DNA from: Eledone cirrhosa
Lineage: Eukaryota
Assembly: GCA_964016885.1 (NCBI GenBank)
Contig: OZ024746.1
Coordinates: 4,464,001-4,528,000, forward strand
Direction: 5' to 3'
Length of the DNA stretch: 64,000 nucleotides
In this document: one piece after another, positions 41,260 to 58,500 of the stretch
Layout of the letters: the number at the start of each line of letters is the position of its first letter
Numbering within the stretch: position 1 is the stretch's first letter
The notes under the pieces: generated by a model
Database searches by the model: none
What the model was told of the DNA's origin: nothing
The model's input: the letters and a program-made list of their open reading frames with translations, nothing else
Position numbers and translations under genes: made by a program

Positions 41260-41769
<510 letters not shown>

Positions 41770-41874
41770 TTACATATGTATATATATTTCTTTCGTTTTT
41801 GTACCCTTCCATAATCTCTCCTTCTCACTTCCTCTCTCTCCCCCTCTCCACCACTCTCTCTCTCTCCTCCCTAT

Positions 41875-41905
<31 letters not shown>

Positions 41906-42107
41906 CCTCTTTGCCCCTCACCCTCACCATCACTCCCTAACTCTGTCCTCTCCCTTTGTCCCAGTTTTGTTGTCTCCCTCCTCTTCCTTCCCATCTCCTC
42001 TTCCCCCGCCTCTTCTCTCTGCACTCACTTTATTCCCCCGCCCCAGGTTCTATCCTATAGAGTCACCATATCATTATCGCCTTGCCCTCCAATTCTCCAA
42101 AACCCTA

Positions 42108-44020
<1,913 letters not shown>

Positions 44021-44021
44021 T

Positions 44022-44083
44022 AGTAAAAAGTATGACCCCCGACGGCAGAGCTCAAACCGTTTCGACGGCTTTTTCTGGACTAA
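44022..44083 (-). mobile_element. Family F arm-only copy
   Basis: Matches 27688-27743. Confidence 0.75.
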
Positions 44084-44182
44084 ATTAGAATTTTTAGAAT
44101 GTTTTGTGTGTGTGTGTGTGTGTTTCTTTATATCTATATATATATGTGTGCGTGTGTGTGTATTTCTTTATATATATATATT

Positions 44183-44217
<35 letters not shown>

Positions 44218-44321
44218 TTCTTTATATAACTGCTTTTGACGGTCTGAATTCTCCCGCCTTTTACTCCCACTCCTACCTCTTGTTTTATCTACCTCCTTCC
44301 TCTCTCTTCACCCCCCCCCCC

Positions 44322-45430
44322 TATCTCATCTCTTCTTATTGTGTCTCCTATCCCACACTCCCCCTCTCTCATCTCTTCCTATTGTGTCTCCTATCCCACA
44401 CTCCCCTCTCTCATCTCTTCCTATTGTGTCTCCTATCCCACACTCCCCCTCTCTCATCTCTTCCTATTGTGTCTCTTATCCCACACTCCCCCTCTCTCAT
44501 CTCTTCCTATTGTGTCTCCTATCCCACACTCCCCTCTCTCATCTCTTCCTATTGTGTCTCCTATCCCACACTCCCCCTGTCTCATCTCTTCCTATTGTGT
44601 CTCCTATCCCACACTCCCCCTCTCTCATCTCTTCCTATTGTGTCTCCTATACCACACTCCCCCTCTCTCATCTCTTCCTATTGTATCTCCTATCCCACAC
44701 TCCCCTCTCTCATCTCTTCCTATTGTGTCTCCTATCCCACACTCCCCCTCTCTCATCTCTTCCTATGTATCTCCTATCCCACACTCCCCCTCTCTCATCT
44801 CTTCCTATTGTGTCTCCTATACCCCCTCCCCCTCTCTCAACTCTTCCTATTGTGTCTCCTATCCCACACACCCCTCTCCCATCTCTTCCTATTGTGTCTC
44901 CTATCCCACACTACTTCTCTCTTATCTCTTCCTATTGTGTCTCCTATCCCACACTGCCCCTCTCTCATCTCTTCCTATTGTGTCTCCTACCCCCCCCCCT
45001 CTCTCATCTCTTCCTATTGTGTCTCCTATCCCACACTACCCCTCTCTCATCTCTTCCTATTGTGTCTCCTATACCACACTCCTCTCTCTCATCTCTTCCT
45101 ATTGTGTCTCCTATCCCACACTCCCCCCTCTCTCATCTCTTCCTATTGTGTCTCCTATACCCCCTCCCCCTCTCTCATCTCTTCCTATTGTGTCTCCTAT
45201 CCCACACTCCCCCTCTCTCATCTCTTCCTATTGTGTCTCCTATCCCACACTACCCCTCTCTCATCTCTTCCTATTGTGTCTCCTATACCACACTCGCCCT
45301 CTCTCATCTCTTCCTATTGTGTCTCCTATCCCACACTCCCCCTCTCTCATCTCTTCCTATTGTGTCTCCTATACCCCCTCCCCCTCTCTCATCTCTTCCT
45401 ATTGTGTCTCCTACCCCCCCCCCCCCCTCT
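44322..45430. repeat. 42-43-bp pyrimidine-rich minisatellite, about 26 copies
   Basis: CTCATCTCTTCCTATTGTGTCTCCTATCCCACACTCCCCCTCT. Confidence 0.95.
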
Positions 45431-45532
45431 CTCCACAACTGTTTCACCGATTACTCTTCTAAATATTCTTTACTGTTATTGTCACGCGACAAACTGACAA
45501 TTAACTAAACCCTTGCTTAATAGACACAAATA

Positions 45533-46868
45533 ACACCACCCCCACCACTACCACTACTACCACCACTACCACTAATACTACCACTACTACCATCACTATC
45601 ACTACTACCACAACTACCACCACTACCACCACTACCACCACTACCACCACTGCCACCACTACCACAATTACCACCACAATATCTAACACTACCACCACTA
45701 CCACCAATACTACCACAACTACCACAACTACCACCACCACCACCAGTACCACCACCAGGACCCCCACCCCCACCACCATCACCACCACCACTACCTCCAA
45801 CACCAACAACACTACCACTACTACTACCACCATCACCAGTACCACCACCACCACCACCGCCACCACTACCACTACCACCACCACCAGTACCACCACCACC
45901 ACCACCACCACCACCACCACCACTACCACCACCAGTACCCCCCCCCACACACACACACACACCACCACCACAACACCACCACTACCACCACCACCACCAC
46001 CACTAATACCACTACCACCACCACAACACCACCACTACCACCACCACCACCACCACTAATACCACTACCACCACCACCACCACCACCACTACAACCACCA
46101 CCACCACCACTACCACCACCAACACCACCACCACCACCATACCACCACTATCAACCACCACCACCACCACTACAACCACCACCACCACCACCACTACCAC
46201 TACCACCACCACCAGTACGACCACCACCACCACTACAACCACCACCACCAGCACCACCACTACAACCACCACCACCACTACAACCACCACCACCACCACT
46301 ACCACTACCAGCACCACCAGTACCACCACCACTACAACCACCACCACCACCACCACCACCACCACCACCACCACCACCACCACCACCACCACCACCACTA
46401 CCACAACCACCACCACCACCACTACAACTACCACCACCACCACTACCACTACCACTACCACTACCACCAGTACCACCACCACCACTACAACCACCACCAC
46501 CACCACCACCACCACCACCACCACCACCACCACCACCACCACTACCACCACCACCTCCACCACCACCTCCACTACCACCACTACCACCACCACCACCACC
46601 ACCACCACTACCACCACCACCTCCACCACCACCTCCACTACCACCACTACCTCCACCACCACCACCACCACCACCACCACCACCACCACCACCACCTCCA
46701 CCACCACCTCCACTACCATCACTACCACCACCACCTCCACCACCACCACCACCTCCACTACCACCACCACCTCCACCACCACCACCACTACCACCACCAC
46801 CACCACCACCACCACCACCACCTCCACCACCACCTCCACTACCACCACTACCACCACCACCACTACAA
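45533..46868. repeat. (ACC/ACT)n trinucleotide low-complexity array
   Basis: Directly visible. Confidence 0.95.
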
Positions 46869-48299
46869 GTCACACATCTGTCATTTTCAGATGGAAATGT
46901 TCCCAGGAATACTTCTGTCTCGTAAGTCTTCAGACAACGAGATGACAGAAAGGAAATCCGTTGGTATTTACTTTAATACTTCTTTTTGCAGTATTCACAG
47001 CCCACCTGAGTTCTTTTCTTTCATCCAATAAACAAAGTACCAGTTTTGTAATAGGGTCGAATCAGTCGACTGCCCTTCTGAAAACACGTGATATTTCACC
47101 AATTGTAGCGGATTAACCGAATTATTAGATCGCTAGTTACGGTGTTTGTTCCAGCACTTCGTTTATTTTAATTGGTAGCATTCCTGCGACAGTTCATTTT
47201 CTTTAGACATTAAAAAACATTAACATTACATTTGAAAAAAAATACATTAATATAAATCCCATATGTTATAGAATAAAAAGGATGGGTTGGTGTCTCAATA
47301 TGTAAACTAAACGACTAAGTCTGGTTTTAAAAAATCAACGGAGACAGCCAAGAAAAATTATCGATTTTCCTACCCACTTGCTTATTCCACCACTACCACC
47401 GCTTATTCCAATTCCCCTGTTATCCCAGCGCCACCCCAGCTTATCCCCCGCCCTATTATTTGGGCCCCAAGAGTACACACTCAGATCTAAACTAGGTTAC
47501 GGTCTCGTCGTACCGCCAGCTTAGGTTGTTTCCTAAATCATCTGATTGCTCAAATAATGAATTAGTGAATTCGATTACTGGAATTTGATTGGTTTTTAGT
47601 GTTGATCTGGCCAACATCCATACGAAATTGGTATCAACGTCTAAATCATTTCTTTGCATCTGCACCAATCATATCTGTTTCAAAAGCTTTCCATAAACAA
47701 CTGAATGTTTCCCAGATAGACAAATGCTTGTTTCTAACCGGCTATCCAGAGTGTTAAGTGCTAGCCCCGTTATTGAAAGTACATCGTTGTATGTTGTGCC
47801 GTAATCATATCGTTTCAAAATATCTTAATATTGCCATCGCAACAATAAAGACCAAAAAATCAATACAGTTTGTGGATTGGTGCCCAAATAGGTTTTAACT
47901 TGTTGTGAATTGTTAACTAGCAACTGCTGTTTTAGATGGAGGCATGGCCAAATTAGAAGGCGTTGTAACAGTGATACTATTGCTGAAGCTTGTGTTCGTT
48001 TCAATTATATAAATTGAACCTGATGTATGTGAAGCTGGATGGGGAAAGGAGAGTTCCTTGAAACCAGAAAACTTTTAACTGTTTTAGAGAGAGATTAGAA
48101 AATATTGGCAGAGATTGTAGCTACAGAAGAGGTAAACGGAAATGGACAAAATGAAACTCATTTTTTTTATGTGAAAGGTATTGGACATTATTTCTGATAG
48201 CTTTGTTTCTTTCATGTTTGCATTCAAATGTAAAAATATTTTTCAAAAATAATATTTTCAGCGTTTATTTTATTTTTATCTTATGGCACATAATAAAAT

Positions 48300-48488
48300 A
48301 ATTGTTTCTACTTTTGGCACAAGGCCAGCAATTATCCCAGTTTATTACTGGTACTTTATTTTATCGACCTCGTAAGGATGAAAGGCAAAGTTAACCTCGT
48401 CGGGATTTGAACTCAGATCAAAAACGGCCGTAACTCTAAGCTGCAAAGCTTGGCGTCCACCCTCTACCGATACTGCCAATCCACTGCC
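48300..48488 (-). mobile_element. SINE family A
   Basis: Full-length; CATAATAAAAT on both flanks. Confidence 0.9.
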
Positions 48489-50228
48489 ATAATAAAATTA
48501 GTGGCTTAAACTAGAGTTTTAGAGACACTGAAAGTATATTGCTCATTTATATTATTGTTTATTAAACAATTTTTTAAATCATGGGATTGAACTGCAGCAG
48601 GTTTATATCTCTATACAAAGGTTTATATGGGAGGAGACGATGAGGTCAACATCCTTGAATAATGTTTAATGGTCCTTTGGAGTATGTATGTGTAAACAAA
48701 GAGGGAAATGTAAGCTAGAGACAATTGCTTAAACAACCAACTAGGATTAACTCAATCCCATTACTGCACTAGGGTTTGATGAGTTGGTATATCATGAGGG
48801 AAAACGAACGCTGAGACCTGGGATAAAACCAAAAATAACCTGATTCCTAAGCGATCATGTTAATAACACAACTGCTCCAGTCGTGACCATCATTGTAAGA
48901 GTCAATCAGAAATTATCATACACCATGTAATTGGTTGTATGTGATAACCATCAGTTTCAGTAGGTTTAGCTAACAACACTTAATGTTATGTATAAGTCAG
49001 TCGCTACAGTAGGTGTAGTCTCAGTGGTTTAGATAACAACACAATGTTATGTATAATTCAGTCGCTAATGTTATATAAAATGTATTCTTATGATAAGAAA
49101 TTACTCATATCCATATGTTTACAAGAAGGCTATGTCCATACACACTATATTGATATTTCTATAAGGTAATCCCTGTCAGCTAATATCAACGATATCTTGA
49201 AAAATTGTGCTAACATTGCCGCAATACATTTTTAAAGATACCATAGCGCAAATATAATTCTCTCCGATTAACGTTAAGAACCGGCAAACCTTTCATTCGT
49301 TTAGTTTTGCAATTCAATCCATATGAAATCCTTTTCCATTCAGTTGTTTTCTATCCACTGCTGGATGCAACCTCAGAATATCGTGGCTAGCTTAACTATG
49401 CTTTTTGTATGCCTAACTGCCCTCACTGGACAATTGAGGGTCAGGTGATTAGCTTGGCTATCGGCAGCTAAAGGAATTAAAGAATAGGTTCGAAGCATTA
49501 ATGGTAACAGTTCAATAAATTTAAGATCTTTTAATATAGATTAGTATATGTAAAGATTTTTAGTCTCATGAAGATTATTTTAAGGAATAATATAAACCCT
49601 GAGTTAATTAGATCAATAAATCAGGAAGAAATATACCATAATGTCTGAACACACTAGACACTAGTTAGATCTGTTAGATATCCTATACACAGTATATAAC
49701 ATAACATGATATCTTAAAGTAACTAAATCAAAACAATCTTCCCGGGGTCCACGAGAGAAGACTGCATTGCCGTTCAAGGGACTTGCTGTGAAATGCAACC
49801 AAATCTGCTCCTAATCATAATATACAATCTAGACATTTAGAATATTTTAATCATAGATTTTCATGATCGATGCTGACCTGGGTTAATCAACAACAACATA
49901 CGATCTTCATAGGTTTCTGAACAGTCATTTATCAAGGAAGACATATGTTATATAGTCACAAAACTACAAATTCTGAAGAGGCCTCATAATGATAAAACTG
50001 ATTAAAATATTACATTTTATTTACACTCTATTGATCATAACAATGCGTGGGCGTGAGTTTGCTTCATTTGCTTCTCCTTGTCCCATAATACTTTTACAGG
50101 GTTGTTTTCAACTGTTCCTTCAAAGTTCCTTCAAAGTTCTACAATTAACTCTACTTAAGTCTCATAGGTCCATTGCAAGGATTACTAGCAACAGTCTCAA
50201 ATAAACAGTTGTAATATTAAGTAAACCC

Positions 50229-50440
50229 AGGTTGGTGGATTGGCAGCAACGGTAGAGAATCCGACACCATGCTATGCAGCATAGACTTACGGTCCTTACG
50301 GAGTTCAAATCCCGCTGAGGTTAACTTTGCCTTTCATCCTTATGGGGTCTATAAAATAAAGCACCAGTAACGTACTGGGATCGATTTAATCGACTTTCCC
50401 CTTCCCTCAAATTACTGGCCTTGTGCCTATACTAAAAATC
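50229..50440 (+). mobile_element. SINE family A, long-tail variant
   Basis: Perfect 16-bp TSD AATATTAAGTAAACCC (50213, 50441). Confidence 0.92.
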
Positions 50441-50702
50441 AATATTAAGTAAACCCCCTTTGTAAAAATGTTGTATAGTTACTACAAACTACTGATACGT
50501 AATGGCGGATTATAACCTGTCCGCCACATATCCTTCTGAATAGCAAGAAAGCTGCCCTACTTTTCTAAACACGGAAAGGACACATTTGAAAATATAGTCG
50601 TACATAAACCTAAACAGACGGGATAGTCACTGTTGGAAGGCTTTGGATGATGGGTCTGGCCATTTAAAGCTGATCAGGAGTTAAAAAGCAACATAATATT
50701 AT

Positions 50703-50872
50703 ATTGATTTCTGATTTAGGTACAATTTTGGGAGAGGAAATCTACTCCAGTCGTTACTGGTACTTTACTTTGTTGACCTCGTAAGGATGAAAGGCAAAGT
50801 TAACCTCGGCGGGATTTGAACTCAGAATGTAAAGAGCCGTAACTCAATGCTCCAAAGCATGTTGTCCGACGC
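50703..50872 (-). mobile_element. SINE family A, 5'-truncated
   Basis: Body and B box match. Confidence 0.85.
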
Positions 50873-50920
50873 TAAAATTATAATACTATTCAATGATATT
50901 TGTGTTAAACTACTGGGATA

Positions 50921-51087
50921 TAATTGTTTCTACTTTTGGCACAAGGCCAGCAATTATCTATCGACCCCGTAAGGATGATAGGCAAAGTTAACCTCGGCGA
51001 GATTTGAACTCAGACCATAAAGGGCTGCAACTCTATGCTTCAAAGCATGGCGCCCGACCCTCTACCGATACTGCCAATCCACCGCCC
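50921..51087 (-). mobile_element. SINE family A with internal deletion
   Basis: Match; flanks TGGGATAT(A/G)ATTG. Confidence 0.88.
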
Positions 51088-51602
51088 TGGGATATGATTG
51101 CTCACCAACTTATTCCAACAACATTTACTCGTGTTTAACTGATCCAAGTTCAAAATATTGCAGTCTCTCACATTCTACAGAAGATTAACTGACATTCATT
51201 TGTTAAAGATATATCCAGAGACATTTTAACTTTTGCTTCTGTGCTACATCTTCAGATTGACAAATCAAATAATATGAATACATATCTGCTATCATTTAAT
51301 GGATGTTTTCTATCGTATCGCTTATTCCCTATAAAACAATATAAAAAAATCTATATAATTCCTACATTTGATTTATATGTAACTTATCACTTACTATATA
51401 CTCTGAAACGTATTATTTCTGGTCTTTTCTTGGGATTTTTTGCTAATTCGTTAACAAGATTCACTTCTTGTGCCACAGAGATTTGTATTTCGGTTTCCTA
51501 TGTTTGTGACATTTTTTTTCAGTGTTATAAAACAGTTTTCTTTCTTTTAATATTTTACAATACATTATATATTCTTTGCCTAAGATGTCACATATATATG
51601 TA

Positions 51603-51669
<67 letters not shown>

Positions 51670-51693
51670 TGTATATATATATATATATATATG

Positions 51694-51810
<117 letters not shown>

Positions 51811-52389
51811 ACGTATGTATATATATATATACACCATTAATTTCACTCAATCAAGTATTAATGTAATCCATAGCTGTCCGTTCAATAGATATACATGCAA
51901 AAAAACCTGGTTTTTGCAATATGCAGACAGTTAGTCATTATCGTTATTTTCGATGTTTTTTCCTTACCCACCATGCTGCAAAGATCAACTATCCTGCTAA
52001 TCTTGTTGTGTATCTTTTTGGTTTTTGTGTATTTTAAAGCAGAAATCCAGAGCCATCTATATTTTATATGGCCGACATAACTGTTAGGTCTAATGGAGTT
52101 TATGACTTAGGTAAACCACAATCCTCAAACTCAGTCCACAAACGTAATCCTCCTTACATATCAGTACTAAAATATCGCATCCCATGTCAATATCACATTT
52201 ATCCTTCTCTTCTATTTCGCCATATTTTACCCTTCATCTATTCCCCGACACCACATCCTTAAATCATATTTCTTAACCCCTACCCCACCCCATACTACCC
52301 GTTGTTGTCATTCTTGCTCTTGTTGTTATTGTTGCCGTTCTTGCTGTTCTTCTTTTGCTATTACCACTACTACTGCAGCAGTAGCTGCA

Positions 52390-52728
52390 GCAATAACAAC
52401 AACAACACCAACACCAAGAACAACACCAACAACATCAACAACAACACCAACACCAACACCAACACCAACAACTCCAACACCAACACCAATAACAACACCA
52501 ACAACAACAACAACAATAACACCAACAACACCAACACCAACAACTCCAACACCAACACCAACACCAACAACAACACCAACAACAACACCAACACCAACAA
52601 CAACACCAACAACAACTCCAACACCAACACCAACAACAACACCAACATCAACAACAACACCAACAACACCAACACCAACACCAACAACAACACCAACAAC
52701 ACCAACACCAACACCAACACCTACAACA

Positions 52729-52804
<76 letters not shown>

Positions 52805-52820
52805 TCATGATTATTATTAT
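52390..52820. repeat. (AAC/ACC)n then (TAC)n trinucleotide array
   Basis: Directly visible. Confidence 0.95.
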
Positions 52821-53300
52821 TTGGAATTTGATATCTCATTCATTGATGTTATTTAACCGGAAAATTTTCTGAAATGAACATCAAGCCGATATCTTCAGCC
52901 TCAGATATTCAGGACATATCGAAGGGTCCTTCTTGTCCCAGTAGGCATGTGTTTTAAAATGGTCCCCCAAAATGGGGCTGAGATAATGGTGTTTAGCCAT
53001 CCTTGGAAACTATTCGAAACAGTACCTAGTGCTACGCTGGTAACGTCGACAGTCCCAAATCCTTAATCAACTATTACTTCAGATCCTACTACCGCATAAT
53101 TTTCTCCGCCTTTTCTGGCACTTTTGTTTCAAAAGGGCAATCTACGCACTTATCCCTGCTGGGACTAGGTAGGTGGCGCTGCCATCACATTTAAGATTCA
53201 TAGCTAAGGGCTTTTAAATGTATATTCGTGAACATATCATATATTATTCGATATACAAACTTTACATACATGTATGCATATGTTGGAGCGAACAACTTAA

Positions 53301-53420
<120 letters not shown>

Positions 53421-53777
53421 AATCTAACAGCGGTTGTTATTGAACTCCGTCGTCATTTGGAAGAAATACATCACCTGAAATGTCATCGCCTTGTAACTCG
53501 TAAGGTAATTACACCATGCTCAATATATCATCGCTGTATTCATCATTATTCACATACAAAGTGAATTAGTTTAAAGATTCCTCGGAAACAAAGATGACGT
53601 AATACTGTAATTATTTAATCCTTTAGTTTTTAACACTTAGGTTAATTTCTTTGATTCAGCAGATTAAAAATTATCTTAATTCTCTTAGTTTATCTTAGTT
53701 TATCAGAGTATGGAACAGAACCGGCTGTTTGAATTCCAACTACAGTTCATCAGATGAGCATGTACTGGTTCCTATAT

Positions 53778-53820
<43 letters not shown>

Positions 53821-54163
53821 GTTTAAGATGGTAATATGGACGAAACAAGAGAAGAAAACATTCATCAGCTGTTAACTGTAGATCATAGATGTTTCGGCGC
53901 TTAAAACAGGACATCGAAATCAATCAGCAGCGCACCCAAGGCCTTTTATCGATCAAAAGGCCCCGAGGGGAAGAAAATATAGTGAAGAGAGAGGAAGAAA
54001 GAGAAAAAAGGAAAGAGGAAGAAACGAAGTAAGCTATGCGTGTGTGTGCATGAGTGCTCCACTGTGAGTTTGTGCATATTGTGTGTGTGATTACAGGTAT
54101 ATGTCAGAGTGTGTGTGTGTATATATACGTACATACATTACGTATATATATATATATATATAT

Positions 54164-54241
54164 TACCCACTCTACTACCCTAAGTATTGAGTATTTTGGT
54201 GCGTTATGGTCCATCTGGTTCCGTACCACATTTCCTTCGTT
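54164..54241 (+). mobile_element. Family F tail-only copy in (TA)n
   Basis: Reverse complement of 39873-39950. Confidence 0.8.
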
Positions 54242-54256
54242 ATATATATATATATG

Positions 54257-54353
<97 letters not shown>

Positions 54354-54369
54354 GTGTATATATGCATAT

Positions 54370-54979
54370 GTCAGGTCACCAGTTGGTGCTACTGGTAACA
54401 TGTATCCCAGTACAACCTGTCTCATGGTCGGGTCGTTGGCGACTAAACTGGCAACCCCACCAAGGTTTCTTGGTGAGGAGGGTGACTTTGGACATCCTGC
54501 AGGACTAAAAACAAAACCTGTCAAAGGGCAAAGGAGCTCTTAAGAGTCAATGGCCATCCAAAATCACCGGGAGAGATGACCCCTTAGCCTTTGTCAAGGC
54601 AGAATTCTAGGAGAAGGAAAACTCTGATATAACACCTGCAACCCTGATGGTATCCAATGATGTTGACTTGTTCTTCTTTTTGGTAAATATCATCTTGGTT
54701 AAGAGAGTGGGACTGGCTTTGTGCAGTGCCTTTGCTCACTATAAAAGCTTCACGGCACAGGCATTGCTTTATATCTGGAGATCTCTCTGCACTTGTCGTC
54801 ACATGGTACCATGGGCCCTGCACTATGTGTCAGTAATTGTCACAAGTGTAGTGTTTGTACCAGAGTTTTCAAGTCGCTGGCTGGACTAAAAAGTCACACT
54901 CGTTCAGCGCATCGGTAGGGGTTCTCCTAGATGGATATAAAGTAGTGGCCGTACTCGAAAACGAGTTGGCAGCCACCAT
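54370..54979 (+). mobile_element. Non-autonomous element R, long copy with RTE-5'UTR-like motif
   Basis: CTAGGAGAAGGAAAACTCTGA resembles RTE 5' UTR motif (from recall); second copy at 12081-12278. Confidence 0.6.
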
Positions 54980-54982
54980 ATA

Positions 54983-55050
<68 letters not shown>

Positions 55051-55068
55051 TATATGCATATATAGATA

Positions 55069-55137
<69 letters not shown>

Positions 55138-55312
55138 CTACATATATGTATATAAATACACACATATATATTTGTATACATACATATATATACATATATA
55201 TATATATACATATATATGCATATATATACTTATATATACACATTTATGTATATATATATATATAAACACACATACACACACATATATATAAATATATATA
55301 TATGTGTGTGTC

Positions 55313-55343
<31 letters not shown>

Positions 55344-55502
55344 TTATGTATTCATGTATGCATAAATGTATATTTATTTGTGGAGGCAGGAGCAACTAGT
55401 CGAGTGAGTCATGTCAGAGAAAGCAATCCAAATGGGACACTTTCTAAATCGTGTAACATTTTCGTTGTCTGATAAGGTAGAGAACAATTCTAGTTATTCC
55501 TT

Positions 55503-58500
55503 GACGTCTAACTATGGAGAAGTTAGACCAGTTGGTATAGTGTTAGGGTGAGAGAGGGGGAGTAGGGGGGAGAGAGACGTCTAACTATGGGGAAGTTAGA
55601 CCAGTTGGTATAGTGTTAGGGTGAGAGAGGGGGAGTAGGGGGGGGGACGTCTAACTATGGAGAAGTTAGACCAGTTGGTATAGTGTTAGGGTGAGAGAGA
55701 GGGAGTCGGGGGGGACGTCTAACTATGGAGAAGTTAGACCAGTTGGTGTAGTGTTAGGGTGAGAGAGGGGGAGTAGGGGGGGGGACGTCTAACTATGGAG
55801 AAGTTAGACCAGTTGGTGTAGTGTTAGGGTGAGAGAGGGGGAGTCGGGGGGGACGTCTAACTATGGAGAAGTTAGACCAGTTGGTATAGTGTTAGGGTGA
55901 GCGAGAGAGGGAGTCGGGGGGGGGGACGTCTAACTATGGAGAAGTTAGACCAGTTGGTATAGTGTTAGGGTGAGAGAGGGGGGAGTCGGGGGGGGGGGAC
56001 GTCTAACTATGGAGAAGTTAGACCAGTTGGTATAGTGTTAGGGTGAGAGAGAGGGGGAGTAGGGGGAGAGAGACGTCTAACTATGGAGAAGTTAGACCAG
56101 TTGGTATAGTGTTAGGGTGAGAGAGAGGGGGAGTAGGGGGGAGAGAGACGTCTAACTATGGGGAAGTTAGACCAGTTGGTATAGTGTTAGGGTGAGCGAG
56201 AGGGGGAGTAGGGGGGGAGAGAGACGTCTAACTATGGGGAAGTTAGACCAGTTGGTATAGTGTTAGGGTGAGCGAGAGGGGGAGTAGGGGGGAGAGAGAC
56301 GTCTAACTATGGGGAAGTTAGACCAGTTGGTATAGTGTTAGGGTGAGCGAGAGGGGGAGTAGGGGGGAGAGAGACGTCTAACTATGGGGAAGTTAGACCA
56401 GTTGGTATAGTGTTAGGGTGAGAGAGAGGGGGAGTAGGGGGGAGAGAGACGTCTAACTATGGGGAAGTTAGACCAGTTGGTATAGTGTTAGGGTGAGCGA
56501 GAGGGGGAGTAGGGGGGAGAGAGACGTCTAACTATGGGGAAGTTAGACCAGTTGGTATAGTGTTAGGGTGAGAGAGAGGGGGAGTAGGGGGGAGAGAGAC
56601 GTCTAACTATGGGGAAGTTAGACCAGTTGGTATAGTGTTAGGGTGAGAGAGAGGGGGAGTAGGGGGGAGAGACGTCTAACTATGGGGAAGTTAGACCAGT
56701 TGGTATAGTGTTAGGGTGAGCGAGAGGGGGAGTAGGGGGGAGAGAGACGTCTAACTATGGGGAAGTTAGACCAGTTGGTATAGTGTTAGGGTGAGCGAGA
56801 GGGGGAGTAGGGGGGAGAGAGACGTCTAACTATGGAGAAGTTAGACCAGTTGGTATAGTGTTAGGGTGAGAGAGGGGGGAGTCGGGGGGGGACGTCTAAC
56901 TATGGAGAAGTTAGACCAGTTGGTATAGTGTTAGGGTGAGAGAGAGGGAGTCGGGGGGGGGGGACGTCTAACTATGGAGAAGTTAGACCAGTTGGTATAG
57001 TGTTAGGGTGAGAGAGAGGGGGAGTAGAGGGGAGAGACGTCTAACTATGGGGAAGTTAGACCAGTTGGTATAGTGTTAGGGTGAGAGAGAGGGGGAGTAG
57101 GGGGGAGAGACGTCTAACTATGGGGAAGTTAGACCAGTTGGTATAGTGTTAGGGTGAGAGAGAGGGGGAGTAGGGGGGAGAGACGTCTAACTATGGGGAA
57201 GTTAGACCAGTTGGTATAGTGTTAGGGTGAGAGAGAGGGGGAGTAGGGGGGAGAGACGTCTAACTATGGGGAAGTTAGACCAGTTGGTATAGTGTTAGGG
57301 TGAGAGAGAGGGGGAGTAGGGGGGAGAGACGTCTAACTATGGGGAAGTTAGACCAGTTGGTATAGTGTTAGGGTGAGCGAGAGGGGGAGTAGGGGGGAGA
57401 GAGACGTCTAACTATGGGGAAGTTAGACCAGTTGGTATAGTGTTAGGGTGAGCGAGAGGGGGAGTAGGGGGGAGAGACGTCTAACTATGGGGAAGTTAGA
57501 CCAGTTGGTATAGTGTTAGGGTGAGAGAGAGGGGGAGTAGGGGGGAGAGACGTCTAACTATGGGGAAGTTAGACCAGTTGGTATAGTGTTAGGGTGAGCG
57601 AGAGGGGGAGTAGGGGGGAGAGAGACGTCTAACTATGGGGAAGTTAGACCAGTTGGTATAGTGTTAGGGTGAGCGAGAGGGGGAGTAGGGGGGGAGAGAG
57701 ACGTCTAACTATGGGGAAGTTAGACCAGTTGGTATAGTGTTAGGGTGAGCGAGAGGGGGAGTAGGGGGGAGAGAGACGTCTAACTATGGAGAAGTTAGAC
57801 CAGTTGGTATAGTGTTAGGGTGAGAGAGAGGGGGAGTAGGGGGGAGAGACGTCTAACTATGGGGAAGTTAGACCAGTTGGTATAGTGTTAGGGTGAGCGA
57901 GAGGGGGAGTAGGGGGGAGAGAGACGTCTAACTATGGGGAAGTTAGACCAGTTGGTATAGTGTTAGGGTGAGCGAGAGGGGGAGTAGGGGGGGAGAGAGA
58001 CGTCTAACTATGGGGAAGTTAGACCAGTTGGTATAGTGTTAGGGTGAGAGAGAGGGGGAGTAGGGGGAGAGAGACGTCTAACTATGGAGAAGTTAGACCA
58101 GTTGGTATAGTGTTAGGGTGAGAGAGAGGGGGAGTAGGGGGGAGAGAGACGTCTAACTATGGAGAAGTTAGACCAGTTGGTATAGTGTTAGGGTGAGCGA
58201 GAGGGGGAGTAGGGGGGGAGAGAGACGTCTAACTATGGGGAAGTTAGACCAGTTGGTATAGTGTTAGGGTGAGCGAGAGGGGGAGTAGGGGGGGAGAGAG
58301 ACGTCTAACTATGGGGAAGTTAGACCAGTTGGTATAGTGTTAGGGTGAGAGAGAGGGGGAGTAGGGGGAGAGAGACGTCTAACTATGGAGAAGTTAGACC
58401 AGTTGGTATAGTGTTAGGGTGAGAGAGAGGGGGAGTAGGGGGGAGAGAGACGTCTAACTATGGAGAAGTTAGACCAGTTGGTATAGTGTTAGGGTGAGAG

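Noticed and set aside
45501-46873. Gly-rich, poly-Val or poly-Thr protein
   Set aside because: Trinucleotide array with frame breaks and no flanking coding context
47500-48075. Coding-like minus-strand stretch (FSGFKELSFPHPAS..., [18 protein letters not shown]...)
   Set aside because: Interrupted by stops and no recognisable motif; cannot be called without a search
52302-52856. ORF with hydrophobic N-terminus and Asn/Thr repeats
   Set aside because: Non-ATG start, made entirely of simple repeats including the apparent signal peptide
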